Shown piece after piece: positions 29,061 to 43,889 of a stretch of 64,000 bases of DNA (the stretch's first letter is position 1; every line of letters begins with the position of its first letter). Under the pieces are notes generated by a model. That model ran no database searches and had not been told where the DNA came from. It saw only the letters and a list, made by a program, of their open reading frames with translations. Source of the stretch: the human T2T-CHM13v2.0 reference genome, Homo sapiens; assembly GCF_009914755.1 (NCBI RefSeq), contig NC_060929.1, one strand, 5' to 3'. A program made the translations under genes and the position numbers.

Positions 29061-29679
29061 TTGTTTGTCCATTATCACAGATGGAAGAAATATTCATCTC
29101 CCCAACTCCAGGCCTCACATTTTCAGCCAGTTGGCTCTATTGTCTTCCAAGTCCTGTGCTCCAGTTTATCTCCAACAATGGAATGGTCATTGATCACTGG
29201 GGAAAAATCATCATTAAAAGTTGTTATATCTCTTTGCAATTCATCTGGAGGCTTTAAGCCTTCAAACCAAGACTTGAAAACTTGTGAAAGAGAATGAAAA
29301 ATGTTCTCAATGGATCAGAAATTGTGGAGTTGTGAAATATGGCCTGTGGCCCAAGAAGCTTAGTCTTCTTTAGAATTTTCCACACATGCAACATGAATGG
29401 AAATCAGTTTTTGTGGTCCAAATCCCAAGTACTCTGAAGTAGTGAAGTTCCAGTTGAGCTAGTTAGGGAAATTGTTTATAGAATATCCTATACAATATCT
29501 GTATTGGAATATGATCTTCACATATGGATTGATAATTGTATTAATGCATTGATGGATGCACTTTAGATGATGGAAGGAAAAGAGTGTACTTCAGGTTGAT
29601 CCTAAAGTTTGGACAGGACGTGGATAGGTGTGGAAATAGAAGTGAAGCTTGAAGTAGCTGATTCTCCTGCATCTCATAC

Positions 29680-30372
<693 letters not shown>

Positions 30373-30916
30373 ACGTGATAACCACTGGGATGTTTGTTAA
30401 AAAATACAAATGCCCTGGAACCCTAGAGACTTATTCAGAGGCTCATTCTGAGGACTCCAGGAAATGGGAATGTTACAAATTCTTCATTTGCAACTTGGTT
30501 TCAGAACTTTCACATTATAAAAATTGTCTTTGCCCTTAAGGAACTTTCAATTTTAAAGGGCAGACAATATCACTGCTTTGTGAAGGAATGACAAACATCT
30601 CTACCAATTTGATCACCATAGGACCAAACTTGGGCCGCTTTGGCCCTCTGGAACTACAGAGAAAAAAAATAGAAGGACAAAATGCTTTAAAAGAAAGAGG
30701 AGAGAGGAGAGGGGAGGAAAAAGGCAAAGATAGGGTGAGATGAAAAGCACACAATAAGACACCCCTCTGCAGAGGTCTGTTAGAACAATGATAAAGAAAT
30801 AAGAAAAAAAAATGCAGAAGAAACAGATGTAGCTGCCAGAAGTTAAATACACATCTGTTAAGAATGCTCTTCTCATATGCAGGGTCAGAAAAATATGTAC
30901 AAATGTAGCACCTCTC

Positions 30917-31214
30917 TGATTGACAGAAAAACCTCAGTTCTGGCACTGGGAATCTTGTTTTCTTGACAGCACTTTGTTTTAAAGCTGGAGGCAGAGAAAT
31001 GTCTTATGCATGTCCTTAAACTGGAAGGCCTTTTGTTCAGGATACTTATACCATTTGCAGATAATGATGTGCATAGCAGTTTCAGCTGTCTGCATATGCA
31101 TTTTTATGTTTTTTTATGACAGCTCTGCGTACTGAACTAAAAGGCCATTTAGAACTGTCAGGCACTGACAAGCATTACCCTTTACATTTACAATTCTGTT
31201 AGCGTGCATTGTCA
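30917..31214. promoter_or_regulatory. Candidate TALE/HOX enhancer motif cluster
   Basis: TGATTGACAG at 30917-30926; TGACAG at 30964 and 31117; CTGTCA at 31155; TTTTATGAC at 31112-31120; no repeat recognised. Confidence 0.45.
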
Positions 31215-31964
31215 GGTGGGCTCACCAGACTGCAGAAATGTGATTTTCTTTGAAACCTATGTATGACTTTAATTTAATACAGCAGCCTCAAAAAAAAAAA
31301 AAAAGAAAGAAAGAAAAGAAAAAAAAAGAGAGTGTGAGCTCAAGAGAGCTTTATTAAGTATTCTTTTTTCATTAATCTCCTACTTTTTTGTTTTTGTAAG
31401 ACTCTTCCTTTATTCCTTAATCTTTCTTCCTTTTCTCTTTCTCTTCCCTCTCTATTATTTTCTCTTTTCTTCCTTCTTCTCTGTAGATTCCTTCATGTCA
31501 AGCAGAAGGCAAGTCAGACTAGGGAACTGACTATACCTGTCTGAGCCATGCCAGACTCTCTCTTACTTTCCATTTGGCCTGGGGTTAATTTTCATTCAAA
31601 CCAATTTTTAAAAGATGTTTGGCGCAATGTAGTGGAATGACTATCTAGATAATGGGAACATGGAAAGAATTCATTTAATCCAGCTAATGACTTATCATTC
31701 CCCATTATCACTACCACCTGTCTTTGAGAGTCCGTTTTCCTCCCCCAAAACATTTTCTCAACAGTCTGGAAAACTGTTCCTATAAAAGACACTGGCAAGC
31801 ACTGGAAGAGAATTGAAGGCAATGTGAAGAGGTGGTTTTGCACTGCAGGATTATACCATCCACCCGGGGTAGCCGGCCACGTGCATGAAACAGAGAAGTT
31901 TCAGCTCAAGCTAGGCTGAAATGAAATGCTGACATGTATATGCTGACCTGAGACAGATTTGCCA

Positions 31965-32242
31965 AAGAGGGACGAAGCTTCAGTGAGCCCCTCTCACTTG
32001 CCTGTCTCCTGTGCATTCTGGAGGTGTTTGGGAGAAGAAGCCAAGTCACAAACAGAATGCACTTTTTAATCAACATTGCTATTAAACTGCTTCAAGAGAT
32101 CACAGTGAGGGGAAGGGGCCTGAAACTTTCAGTCTCCCTCTTTTACCTTAACTTTGCATTCATAATTTTGTATCCTTTGTCTTATAAAGGATTCCCCAAA
32201 TTGTATAAGCCTCAGGTCCCATCACCCTGGACTTGTCTCTGC
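31965..32242. mobile_element. hAT-Tip100 element (MER115/Zaphod-like)
   Basis: CCCCAAATTGTATAAGCCTCAGGTCCC..CCTGGACTTGTCTCTG terminus. Confidence 0.55.
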
Positions 32243-32459
32243 TTCTGACAGCAGCTTCTGCAAGTGATTTAGTGAGCAATGTGTTTGGGGCAGTCAAAGT
32301 GAGTTTTCTTTAAAAAGCTCATCTTCACCTGGCCCTCCATAAAGAGCAGGATTTGGCTCGGTGGAAAGGAGGGCCACGTCGTATCAGCAAACAGAGTTTC
32401 AGGAAAATACTGATTAAAGGATAAAATTCTAAAAGCCAGGGTTTTAGGCAATTGACAAG

Positions 32460-32612
32460 TATTTTTTTTAACTTTTTAAAGTTGAGAGATACATAAAGTG
32501 CAACGTGCACTAATCTTAAGTGTGTGGCTTGGCAAAATTCACTGTCCATAAAACCATGGAGCCACATCCAGATCAACATCTACAACAGTTCCAGCTCCTC
32601 AGAAAGTTCCTG
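32460..32612 (-). mobile_element. L1MD/L1ME 3' end fragment
   Basis: GTGCACTAATCTTAAGTGTG..CCAGATCAACATCTACAACAGTTCCAGCTCCTCAGAAAGTTCC. Confidence 0.7.
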
Positions 32613-33719
32613 ACTTCTGAGTATAAAATGTATAATCCCCGCACCAAATTTTTCAGAAAGGCCAAAAAGACAGGATAGATCATACTGAGAATGCTGAATT
32701 TGGTATCGGGAGAACATATTTTGTGTTGTCCCATGAATGGAATGGCTGTTCAGAAAAAGAATCCAACCCAGAGGGGTGGAGAGGTACCGCCCTCCTTCCT
32801 TCACCCTAAGAATAAGAAACACTCTAGCACACAATTAATGCCCTGATGGCAATGCCCAGCTTTATGTGTGGACAGCAAAAAGTGGTACCTGTTATATGGA
32901 CGTTGACTTGCAATTTTGCTTGTGCCTGCAGTTATACAATTAGAATTGTATAACTTTGGGTTAAACCTTGCCCTTTGCATTAAGTTATTTGAAAAATCAT
33001 ATTTGCCACCTTCAGTGTGACTGGTGTCATATCAAATTCTAAGAACTTTCTTCAAATTTGCTAATCGATAGCTTTTTTTTGTTTTTTTTTTCTGACAAAG
33101 CAGTGGGATGAGGCTCCCAGGCTCCTGATAGCAGGTAGAGGAGAGAACGAGACCGCAAAGAGGGAAGCCGAGAGGAGTGATGAAGACCCTGGCCCTACCA
33201 TCTACTCAGGCTGTCTTTGCAGCCACACTGTGAGCCCAGGCTGGTTAACGCTTCCTCCTGGAGGAGAAAAGCTAAGAGAGAAAACAAAATCCATGCAGCG
33301 CGCTCCCCCTCGGCCCCTCCTCTCTGTCTCCTCTGTGCGCTAACCTCCAATGCCCTGCGGGAACCAATTACAGTATTCTAATGAGTGTAGTTTCCAATAA
33401 CTGCATTTGACGGGCCTGTTACCTCCTCATCTCAGCTCACCTTTCCCAGCCATGAAGCAGGTGGCCCAGTGCTTGCTCACTGGCCTGGCATCTCCCGGTG
33501 GAGTCACCAGGGATGCAGGGCCATAGGGATGTGTGTGTGAATACTGGTGTTCACAGAATGCAAAGGACTGTGGGCCAAGCCAGCAAGGAAATAAGCCAGG
33601 CAGGTTGGTGGCTTTGGACAAACATGGTTCACTTGTTTGAAATAGTCTGTAGGGACCAAAATGAAGAGTCATGTTTTTTAGAAAGCCCCTGTGTCCCGGA
33701 TATGCTTGTAGAAAAGGGG

Positions 33720-33970
33720 TAAACAGTGGTTAAAAGCATGAACATTGGAGTGAGGAAGACTTACCTGAGACTTATTCCCCATCACTTACTAGCTGCGTGA
33801 CCTCCAGCAGTGCCTTCATGTCTGAATGAGCCCGGGTTTTATCATCCATAAAATGGGAACGATAATAGCCCCTACTTTGTACAGTTGTTTTAAATATTTA
33901 AAAAATAGTGGATGCAAAGCCCTTGGCACTTTTTTCATTGGCTTGCTGAATAATATGGAGCTATTGTTAT
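33720..33970 (+). mobile_element. MIR SINE
   Basis: CAGTGGTTAAAAGCATG..ACTTACTAGCTGCGTGACCT..CATAAAATGGGAACGATAATAG. Confidence 0.85.
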
Positions 33971-34363
33971 TCTAACACAGATTGGGCTAATACAGATGGA
34001 AATAAATACACATTTTTATCACTTACTGGCAAAGCCCTGCCCCTTTTCCCTGGTTCTGCTCTTGTCTCTACCCCTACTGTCTCAGACTCCACTCAGCACT
34101 ATGGTATCACCTCTGTTCTTTGCAGCCATTATAACACAGGTGACTTGGATGTACAGGCACCAAGATATATTAACTGAGGAGGTAAGTTTTTATCTATGAT
34201 ATGCATGTATATCTATATATGTAGGTATAGAAATGCATGAAAAGGCACTGACCAAGTTAGTGGCACTCCAAGTTATCTTGGAGTGAGAAGCGGGAATAAT
34301 GGGAGTAGCGTAGAAAGGAAGATAATTTCACATTTTACTCTAGCTACTCCTTGATTGTCTTTT

Positions 34364-34670
34364 TTTTCCTTTTTTTTATTTTTTATTTTGGAGACAGAAT
34401 CTTGCTCTGTCACCCAGGCTGGAGCACAGTGGTGCAATCATAGCTCAAGAGGAGTCTTGAACTCCTCAGCTCAAGAGATCCTCCCGCCTCAGTCTCCCTA
34501 GTCGCTAGGACCACAAGTGCGCACCATCATGTCTGGCTAATTTTCTTTTCGTTTAATATTTTGTAGAGATGGTGTCTTGCTATGCTACCAGGCTGGTCTC
34601 ATATTCCTGGGCTCAAGCAATCCTCCTGCCTTAGCCTCCCAAAGTGCAGGGATTACATGCATGGGCCTCG
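34364..34670 (-). mobile_element. AluJ
   Basis: CAATCATAGCTCA; GGGCTCAAGCAATCCTCC; TSD GATTGTCTTTT. Confidence 0.92.
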
Positions 34671-35699
34671 CAGATTGTCTTTTAAAATAAGAGTGTATTC
34701 AGGGATTACTTGTGCAATTAAAAAAAAAAGTAACAAAGATGTGTTTAAATGGTCCAAGGTTAGAGGTTGTGGTTTTGTTGCTGTTGGGGCCCTGGAGGTT
34801 CCCCATACCCTGCGGGGTCACCCCACTGAGGCACTCCACACCTACCTCTTCCAAAGCACAGCAGGTACCCTCTGCCGCTCTGTCATTTATTCCAGGTCTT
34901 TCTTTCTTGTCCATTCTCAAGAGTCTGTGTCACTCAAGCCTCTGACCTTCTACCCACTGACAGTAAGGGTTTGGGCATTTTATAATCCTTTAAAGTGTTT
35001 TTTAAAAACCAGAGAGGAAGAGAAAAATTGTCTCCAGATTGTTTGTAAGAAAATTCAGATTTACAAATGGATAATGTGGAAAGTGACTATTATCTTTATA
35101 TGAATGTTTGAGAATTCATCAAAGCAGTTCTTTAACTATTTGGCTCCCTTATGCACATAGAAGAGTTTGCTTACTGCCCATTAGCCCTGGCAAGAAGTCA
35201 GGGAGGCAGTCAGTTCCCACAATTAAAGATCAATACCCAATGCAGATCAACATTCTCCAGTGATAAGCCAAGTCATGAGAACTAGAAATGGGTCTGGAGA
35301 AATCTGATGGAGCCCCCTTTGCATAGTGCTTTTTGCAGTTTGCAATGATACATTCGAAATCACTCAAGAAATCAGCATCTTTCATAAGGAGTTTGTGTCC
35401 TGTCTGGTCTTCTAAGTATGTGAAAAAGACCACAAGCCCCTTTAGGTGTTTGTTGTCTGGAGGAGAGGGAAGACTAGATGCACAGAGCCATGGTGCCCTC
35501 CACAGAGCCATGGTGCCTGACCCTGGTGTATGCCCAGGGTGCAAAGCTAAACCCCAAAAGAGGGAGAAATTAGAAAAGTGGAGAGAGGGCTGGGCTGTCT
35601 CTGAGCCTGCTGAGGGTAAATCGAAGCTTGCTTCCCTTCCTCCATTGTCTGACTCTTTCCTCCCCACCCTCCAGTATCTCTCCTCTCCACCTTCCTGAC

Positions 35700-36075
35700 C
35701 CAGAAGCTTTGCACAGGCTGTTCCCTAAGCCTTAAACACTCTTCTCCAGTTGATTGCCTCACTGACTCCAGCTCACCATCTGGGTTTCAATGCCCTGTTC
35801 AGGGATGCCATCCTTGACCTACCCAAGTTCCTTCCCATTATAAGTTGCTCCTTTGTTATTTTCTCTCATAAACCAGGTTGTTTTTTCTCATAGCACATAG
35901 AAATCACATTTATAATCATATATTACTTTGTCCATTGAATTTATTTAATCTCTGTTTTTCATGAGATTGTAAACTCTTTGAAGGTAGGACTCTCATGTAA
36001 ATCCCCTGTTCAGTGCTAGGCACAGAGTCTGGAGTATAGTAGATGCTCAATAAGTATTTGTTCAATGAAAGGATA
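35700..36075 (+). mobile_element. L2 3' end
   Basis: GATTGTAAACTCTTTGAAGGTAGGAC..AGTAGATGCTCAATAAGTATTTGTTCAATGAA. Confidence 0.85.
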
Positions 36076-36879
36076 AATTAATTAAATTAGTGGATTAATC
36101 AATGACTCTAGCTATTCCACAACAAATACTTATAAATCTTCATTTACTTTGCTCCTTTTCTCTGAAAGCTCTTCTTCCTTCTCTTTATTTATCTAAATTC
36201 TCATCAGCTTCAAAACCCAATAACAAAGATGGTGATAGTGTTGATGATATTAACCCCCTCTGGACCCCATACTGAGAATTCCATATAAATGGAATTTTAT
36301 TCGATCTTCATTACTTTATTGTTATTACCAAATATCATATGGCAGCCACTCAAAGACCCTGCAGCAATGCAAGGATTCTGCAACCTGCATCTTGGAGCCC
36401 AGAGGTGCTGGGGAATTGAAAGGTGAGGACAGCGCCCCAGCTCTTTGTGATTTGCACTTGGCATCTCTCTAGGGTGTCTGTGTTTTAAGCTGAAGGGCTG
36501 TGGCTGCTGCTGCGGCTTCCTTGCTTTTGTAATTCTCTCCAGCACTCTGGGACTGCTGGATTCTGCTGAGGAGGGAAGAGCAGAGAGAGATTTGTTATTG
36601 CTTTTCTGATGCTTTCAGTTACCTGATCCTTGGGGGGTTATAGGTAGAGAACAAGAAGCCAGAGATATGCAGTAGACCTAGACTGTTAAAATAGAAGGTG
36701 GCTGATGAAGAAAGTGGTATGATTTGTGAAGCAATAAAAATTGTTATTTCCACTCTCACTCATGCACTCCATCCCCATCTTCCCCTAAAGCTCCCAAAGT
36801 ACAGAGGTGAAAGTCAACAGTGTTCTCAGAGGCCGGGCTGCTGTGTTCAAGCAAGCTAGCCTGTGGTGCTCAGCATCTA

Positions 36880-37030
36880 CACTGACAGCCTCAGTTTCCT
36901 CATCTCTAAAATGGACATAAGAATTGTTCATACCCAACAGAGTTTCATGAGGAGTCAATGAGAAAACGTGTGTGAAACCTTCACATACTGCTAGTATCAC
37001 ATCACATTTTCAGCAAGTGCTAGTTACAAT
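36880..37030 (+). mobile_element. MIR SINE
   Basis: GCCTCAGTTTCCTCATCTCTAAAATGG. Confidence 0.85.
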
Positions 37031-38138
37031 TTTTATTGTTTATTCACTAAATGTCTAAAGTTAAGCACCAGTCTGAATCCAAGCCCAGATTTTTCTGATT
37101 CCTAACTGTGTTCTTCTAGAATCACCCCTGATTCTAGAACGCGACTGTTTGCCTGGGCTGTGAGCAGAGAGGGGGAAGAGAAAAGATTAATTAAGAAAGA
37201 GTCGTAAAAAAAAATTCACTGAATATCGAATGGATGTAATATTAACATACGTAATTACTTCTCAACTTCAGAAGCTATAATATCAAAGATAAAAATCATG
37301 TCAGCTTCAATCTTTTTCTCATTGTAGATTCAGACCATTACATTAATGACTAACTTTCTGAGCTGTGTAATTTTCTCTTGGAAAGATACCTTTTTTTGAG
37401 CTTAAGCACAGAAGCCCTTTCCCAGGCACACCCTGGACTTGAGAGTGGCAGAGAAACCTCCCTGTGGAGGCCTCTCCCCTCCCCTCCTACTGCTGCGGCT
37501 GTCAGTGGGTCCTCTCCCATCGGGAGGAAACAAAAGGCAATTAAGCACACAGACAGCCAAGCCTTGCCTTTGGCCCGGCTATGGAGTTGGCTCCCAGGAC
37601 TTCAACAGGAGGTGGGAGCTATGTGTGAGCAAGCTACTCACTGTCCCTAATTCAGAGACTGTTGCAGTAGGTACCAGAAACCACAAGCCTTCCGGGCTGG
37701 GCTTGTTCTTAGAGAAGAGGTCCCCCTGTAACTTGAAACTAGGCTCTTGTTCATTTTAAACAGGTGCCCTCACTCCCACCTCTTGTCTTGGCTCTCTGGT
37801 CTGGACCCTCCAACTGTATGAGACAGGACAGATTCTGTCTGTGGGAACTACAGTGTGGAATCCTCTCCCCAGAACTAAGTCAGTGCCTCCTCCTCAGAGG
37901 TAAGAAATGAAAAGCATCCTATGGGTTTTTCCCACATAGGGTGCAAGCGTAGCATCCTTTTCGGTTCTCTTTTTTCAGCACCTCAAGATAGAACCAGGGC
38001 GAGGAGGAAGACCCCATTCTTCAGATAAAGAAATCGCCCAATGTCAACATTGTTCCTAAATAGAACAAGAAGTTCAGTGGTCTAACTCCTTTTGCAGCCC
38101 CCTGAAACAGCGAGCCAAAGGGGAGGGAAAAAAGATTG

Positions 38139-38194
38139 TTTTATTTATATTTTATTTTATTTTATTTTATTTTATTTTATTTTATTTTATTTTA
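38139..38194. repeat. (TTTTA)n pentanucleotide repeat
   Basis: Direct reading. Confidence 0.95.
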
Positions 38195-38472
38195 GTGCCC
38201 ATCTCTACTCAAGGCCTTCCCTCTAGTTCCTCCCCCTTTCATTAGGTGGTCAGTCCTGTCCTTGGCTGCTCAGAGCACCTCCTCCCCAAAGGAGCATCTT
38301 TCTTTTTTCTAGGCTTCTCTCCTCTTGCTATTCCTATGTCAGGTACAAACTTCTTCCTGCCCTCTTTCCTTCTGTTAGCTCTGACTCAGGAAACTAATTA
38401 TGGAAACATAATTTTCCATTGGTTCACCTATTGCCTTATCACACAGAAATGCCAGTGAGTTTAAGATGGGCT

Positions 38473-38904
<432 letters not shown>

Positions 38905-40024
38905 TTACCTGGGATGGTGTACCCTGAATCCTGAGGTGTTCTGCCCAGAGAAAAGAAACGGTGCTTCCCCAGCTCCTTCAAATCAAGTCTATCCCTGACT
39001 TGGAGCAAGTGTAAAAATGGAGACTCATGTGCTGTATGTCCAAATATTTAAGTAATAACTCCAGCTAGCTACTAAATAAAATTCTCTTGTTATTACCTTC
39101 ATAACATCCTATAAGGTTACCTTCTAAGTTAGAATTCTTGGACTCCCTGCAATTTGCAGCAGATCATGAAAAAGCAAAGAAAGTTGACTCACAGCCCCTG
39201 GTCCCCAGCCCCCATTCCCTTCTCTTCACTCACCCAATTTGTTCCACATTGTGAGGGGCTTCATGTACACCACATATAACCTAGTTTAAGTCCATTGCCC
39301 CAACAACTGCCCTGGCTCAGGCCTTGTGATGCAGATGCTTGTGCATATGTTCCCCTCAAGAGAACACACTAAGGAAACAGGCCTATTCAGGCTCTGAAGG
39401 TGGGCTCAGTCATTTGGGAAGAAAATTCTAGCGTCCCTGGTATCCACAGTGTGGCCTGGATGGCAATGTGGCATAGGCTGTAGATGGGCACACTTTCATG
39501 GCTCTGTGGAGAAGGTCCAGGAGGGCACCCTCTACAGCTCAGGGCCCAGAGCAGGATTCTTCTCACCTAGGTCTAATGATAGTATGAACTTAAAGGGTAG
39601 ATATGCCGTGTTATATGCATGCATTTGCAATCCAGCTGCATCTCGTATGTGCAACTCTACATAGGATGCTCTAAGTTGTTTAACTGCAGAGACTTTTTGA
39701 TGTGACAATGATTAGTGAGTATACTGGGCAAACAGGAGGTGGATAGGCCAATGAGCTCACGCTAAGATAGGTTGCAGCACTCCCAGATAGCACTGACCAA
39801 CACATAGTTGGCACTTAATAAATGCATTAGGTGTAAATAAATGAATGACCAATAGGAATTTTATAAAGGGTTTCATATATGAACGGAGAGATCTCTGATG
39901 GATATTTCAGGCACTAATAGCAGACAAAAGAAATGTTGATTGATTTGCAAACTTCAAGAAGCAACTCCTTGTTAGAGGGGATCCGTCTATATTAGATGAT
40001 AACACAAGCTATTTCCGCTCGTAA

Positions 40025-40382
<358 letters not shown>

Positions 40383-40402
40383 CCAAATAAGATATTTTTA
40401 AA

Positions 40403-40590
40403 GCAGGGTTTCTTGACCTATGGTCACCATTGACACTTTGTTATGAGAAACTGTCCTCCGTGTTGCGAGATGTTTAGCAGCATCTTTGGCTTCTACTCAC
40501 TGGATGCCAGTAACATTGCCCTCCTATTATAACAACTAAAAATGTTCCTGGATATTGCCAAATGTTACTGGGGGGCAAAATCACCACTGT
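40403..40590 (-). mobile_element. MER20 (hAT-Charlie)
   Basis: GATGTTTAGCAGCATC..GATGCCAGTA..ATTGCCAAATGT..GGGGGCAAAATCACC. Confidence 0.88.
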
Positions 40591-41653
40591 TCTTTAAAGA
40601 ACTGATTCTAGATAGCTTGGCATCATCGTCACCCAGCCAGAGTAAATACCAAGCTGGAATCACAGCAGGCTTTGGTTGCACCCAGGTTTATTGTCAATGG
40701 AAAATGAGAGTCAGGGGAAGCCAAACTAATGTTGTGGTTTTCTTTGTTTCATCGGTCTCCAAGATAGTATCACAAATGGTTATTTTAAGCTAAAAAAATT
40801 AAAATGAAGAGTAATGATGTTTAAATCTCTTACAGCCATAGCGCTACTAATTTCGGTTTTTTGGTTTTTTTAGTGCTAGGGAATGAGCCAGCACTCATTG
40901 AACGTGCTAAAAGTTCAAATGTAGGATGAGATAAACAGAATGAGAAAGCATCTGCCAAAAGCATCTCTATTCGAGTCTCAATTCTCAATGATGCAAGCTG
41001 TTTTGGCAGATTCAGGAAGGGTTATGTGGTGCAGAGGCAGCCCCCCATTTCCACGGATGTTCGCTAGGTCTTTTTCCTTCTGCTGGCCCTTCATCTCTGC
41101 TTCTTCCTACATCAAAACAGGAAGTTGTGACTTGGTGACTTATTATATGCACTTGTGTGCCTGTCATGACTTGTTGGAAATTCATGAAGCCGTAGATGTT
41201 GTTTTGGGTTATAGAAATCCCTAGGATGCAATTAGCCATATTTACTTGTATCCCAAGAACAAAATTATTTATGCATGAGAACACACCATTTTGCCTCTTC
41301 TCCACTTTTTCTGAGCAGGAAAAAAACATTTCTTGCTAAGTTAGCTTCCAGAATCTTTTTTGTTGTTGAGAATCTAGTTAGTAAAATTAAAGGAGGAGTT
41401 AATTTAAACTATATAATAGAAAGCCAGAGTGGGTAGGAGTTAGAAAAGCTATATTGACTGTGTATCAATGAAAATGCTTAGAAGAAGAAGAGAAGGGAGA
41501 GCTATATGGAGGAATCGCTGCAATACACATGGAACGTACTACTGATGGTCAGAGATATTTTTAATTTTTTAGTTTAAAAATATTCTTAGATGTTTTGCCA
41601 CACATTAAGACAAGTCTGATTAAATAATAGAAGTGCTTAAAATTATAATTTAA

Positions 41654-41988
<335 letters not shown>

Positions 41989-43889
41989 TTAACTACAGAA
42001 TATAAGGGTTTTTTTAAAAAAAATAAATAATGCAATGCAGAGACTGAGTCCTGCGGTCTTGGGCTAATGCATGGACATCATTTGGAAGTGACTGTACCAA
42101 CTTCCCTGTCATGTAAACCTTCACAGCTACTGTGAGTCCAGTATTTTACATGTAGTCTGTCTCTTAATTTGGTGCTTTGGACAAGAGGGCTGGGAAAAGA
42201 TTTCTCAATCAATATGACATCTACCATATTATTCATCAATTACAAATTCATTAAATAGCTATCATGTAACAGTACAGTGTGAGATCTTGGTGACACAAAG
42301 AAGAGGGAGACAGCCCCTGTCTTCAAAAAGCTTTCAGTCTTGTCTGTGAGTAATTTATTTAAAATACGTATGGCAACACACATACAAGCTAAATGTGTGT
42401 TGTCAATAGAACCAGGTATTTTAATAGTATTAAAACCTATTCCAAAATTGTACATAGCCTTTCATAGAATCATTAAGATTTGTAGAATTTTCCAGCCGAA
42501 TTAGATGAATGTATACAATGTGAATAACTTCATTAGGAACTATTTCAAACCTCACAATTTCTGGATATATCTAGAGTAACAGGATTCAGAAAGATGTTTA
42601 TTACATATTTATTACACTCTGTACTTTCCTTGCTGAATCTGATACCACTCCAGAAATGAACAACAGACCTTTCTAACATGGTGACTCAGAGTCAGAATCC
42701 ACATAATTTCAGAAGCAGGGCAAGCAGATGAGAAAGCTCCTCACTCTGAAGCATGCCTTCCATTGTTTTTCAGGCGGATGCCACATCAAACTCAAACTCT
42801 TCAACTGATCCCTAAACTAACTGTGGGAAGAAATTTTCTGTCTTTTTCTCTCTGGATCTGAGGATATGTTATATTCTATTAGCAGCCTCTCTGATTTTTC
42901 ATCTAAAGTCCTTCCCTTGCCTTGGATATTGGCTAACATTTTCCACTGGTCAGAAACTTTGTTTATACAGCTGATCAAGTTAATGGTTCATCTCCTCTGC
43001 TCCGCAGGCACTCCAATTCTACCGTCATCATAACTAGGACTGGTTATTTTGTTTGGCAGAGTTATTTCAGTAATATAAGATAACCAAATTAGATTGGTGA
43101 TCGATTAGTTTGTTCAGTACTCATCCCAGTAAATAAAACCAAACAGGCTCCAAATGGCTGAAATGCTATTGCAGCAGAGATGCAGTGTGAATCAAAACTT
43201 AGAGACCTCAGGGAATGTCATAAAATCCTACTCTGCAACCAGATGATTGTCCCATAATAAATACTGTCTGCCAAAGACTCACACATTTCCTCCTTTTTCG
43301 GTGGTATGGGCTAGCATTCTATGCTACATAGATTAGAAATACCACCATTTATAAAAGCTGCTTTTGAAAACCACTGGATTCAAAGAGGAGTTCAAAGGCC
43401 TAAATGGTGCTGCCTCAAATTGATTAATAGCTGCTCATTTTTCTATTCCCATTTCTTTGTAAATGCTGACACAGGAAAAATTTGGAGGGTCATCACAATC
43501 TCTGCATTAAGGAATACAGCAGATTGAGTATCTGCTGAATCATAAATAACTGAATTTTGTTTTTAAATATCTTCCTCTCATTTGAAGGAAAAAGAATTTT
43601 TTAAAAAAGGAAAACTTCTAAGATGCAATGGAGAATGTATCAATAAACTTTGAAATGTATTTTTTTAGTGAAAAATAATTCTAAGTTTCAGAGAGAGCCT
43701 TGCCACTGACTTCCTGTGTGCACTTAAAATATGTTGCTTCGCACTTTCAGTTCCAGTAGAATAAAAGTAATAATTATGGTCCTATCTACATTGCCAAGTT
43801 ACCATGAGGACCAAATAGAACACTGTATGTGGTAGCACTTTGCAAAGTCTAAGAAGACATTATAAAGCATGAGACTGCTAGCAAAGCTT

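Noticed and set aside
31290-31328. Orphan poly-A/GAAA tract as a retrocopy tail
   Set aside because: No TSD or upstream retroelement or mRNA body recognised; treated as low complexity.
35481-35517. Short direct repeats (CACAGAGCCATGGTGCC x2; also GAAATATTCATGGAA x2 near 38834 and CATTATGGGAAA x2 near 59005)
   Set aside because: Ordinary two-copy slippage duplications; not CRISPR-like and no spacer array.
34582-35698. 173-, 145- and 121-aa ORFs
   Set aside because: One begins in antisense AluJ; none has a recognisable domain or gene context.
36404-36436. REST/RE1 site (GGACAGCGCC)
   Set aside because: Only the right half-site is in canonical form; the left half is missing at the proper spacing.
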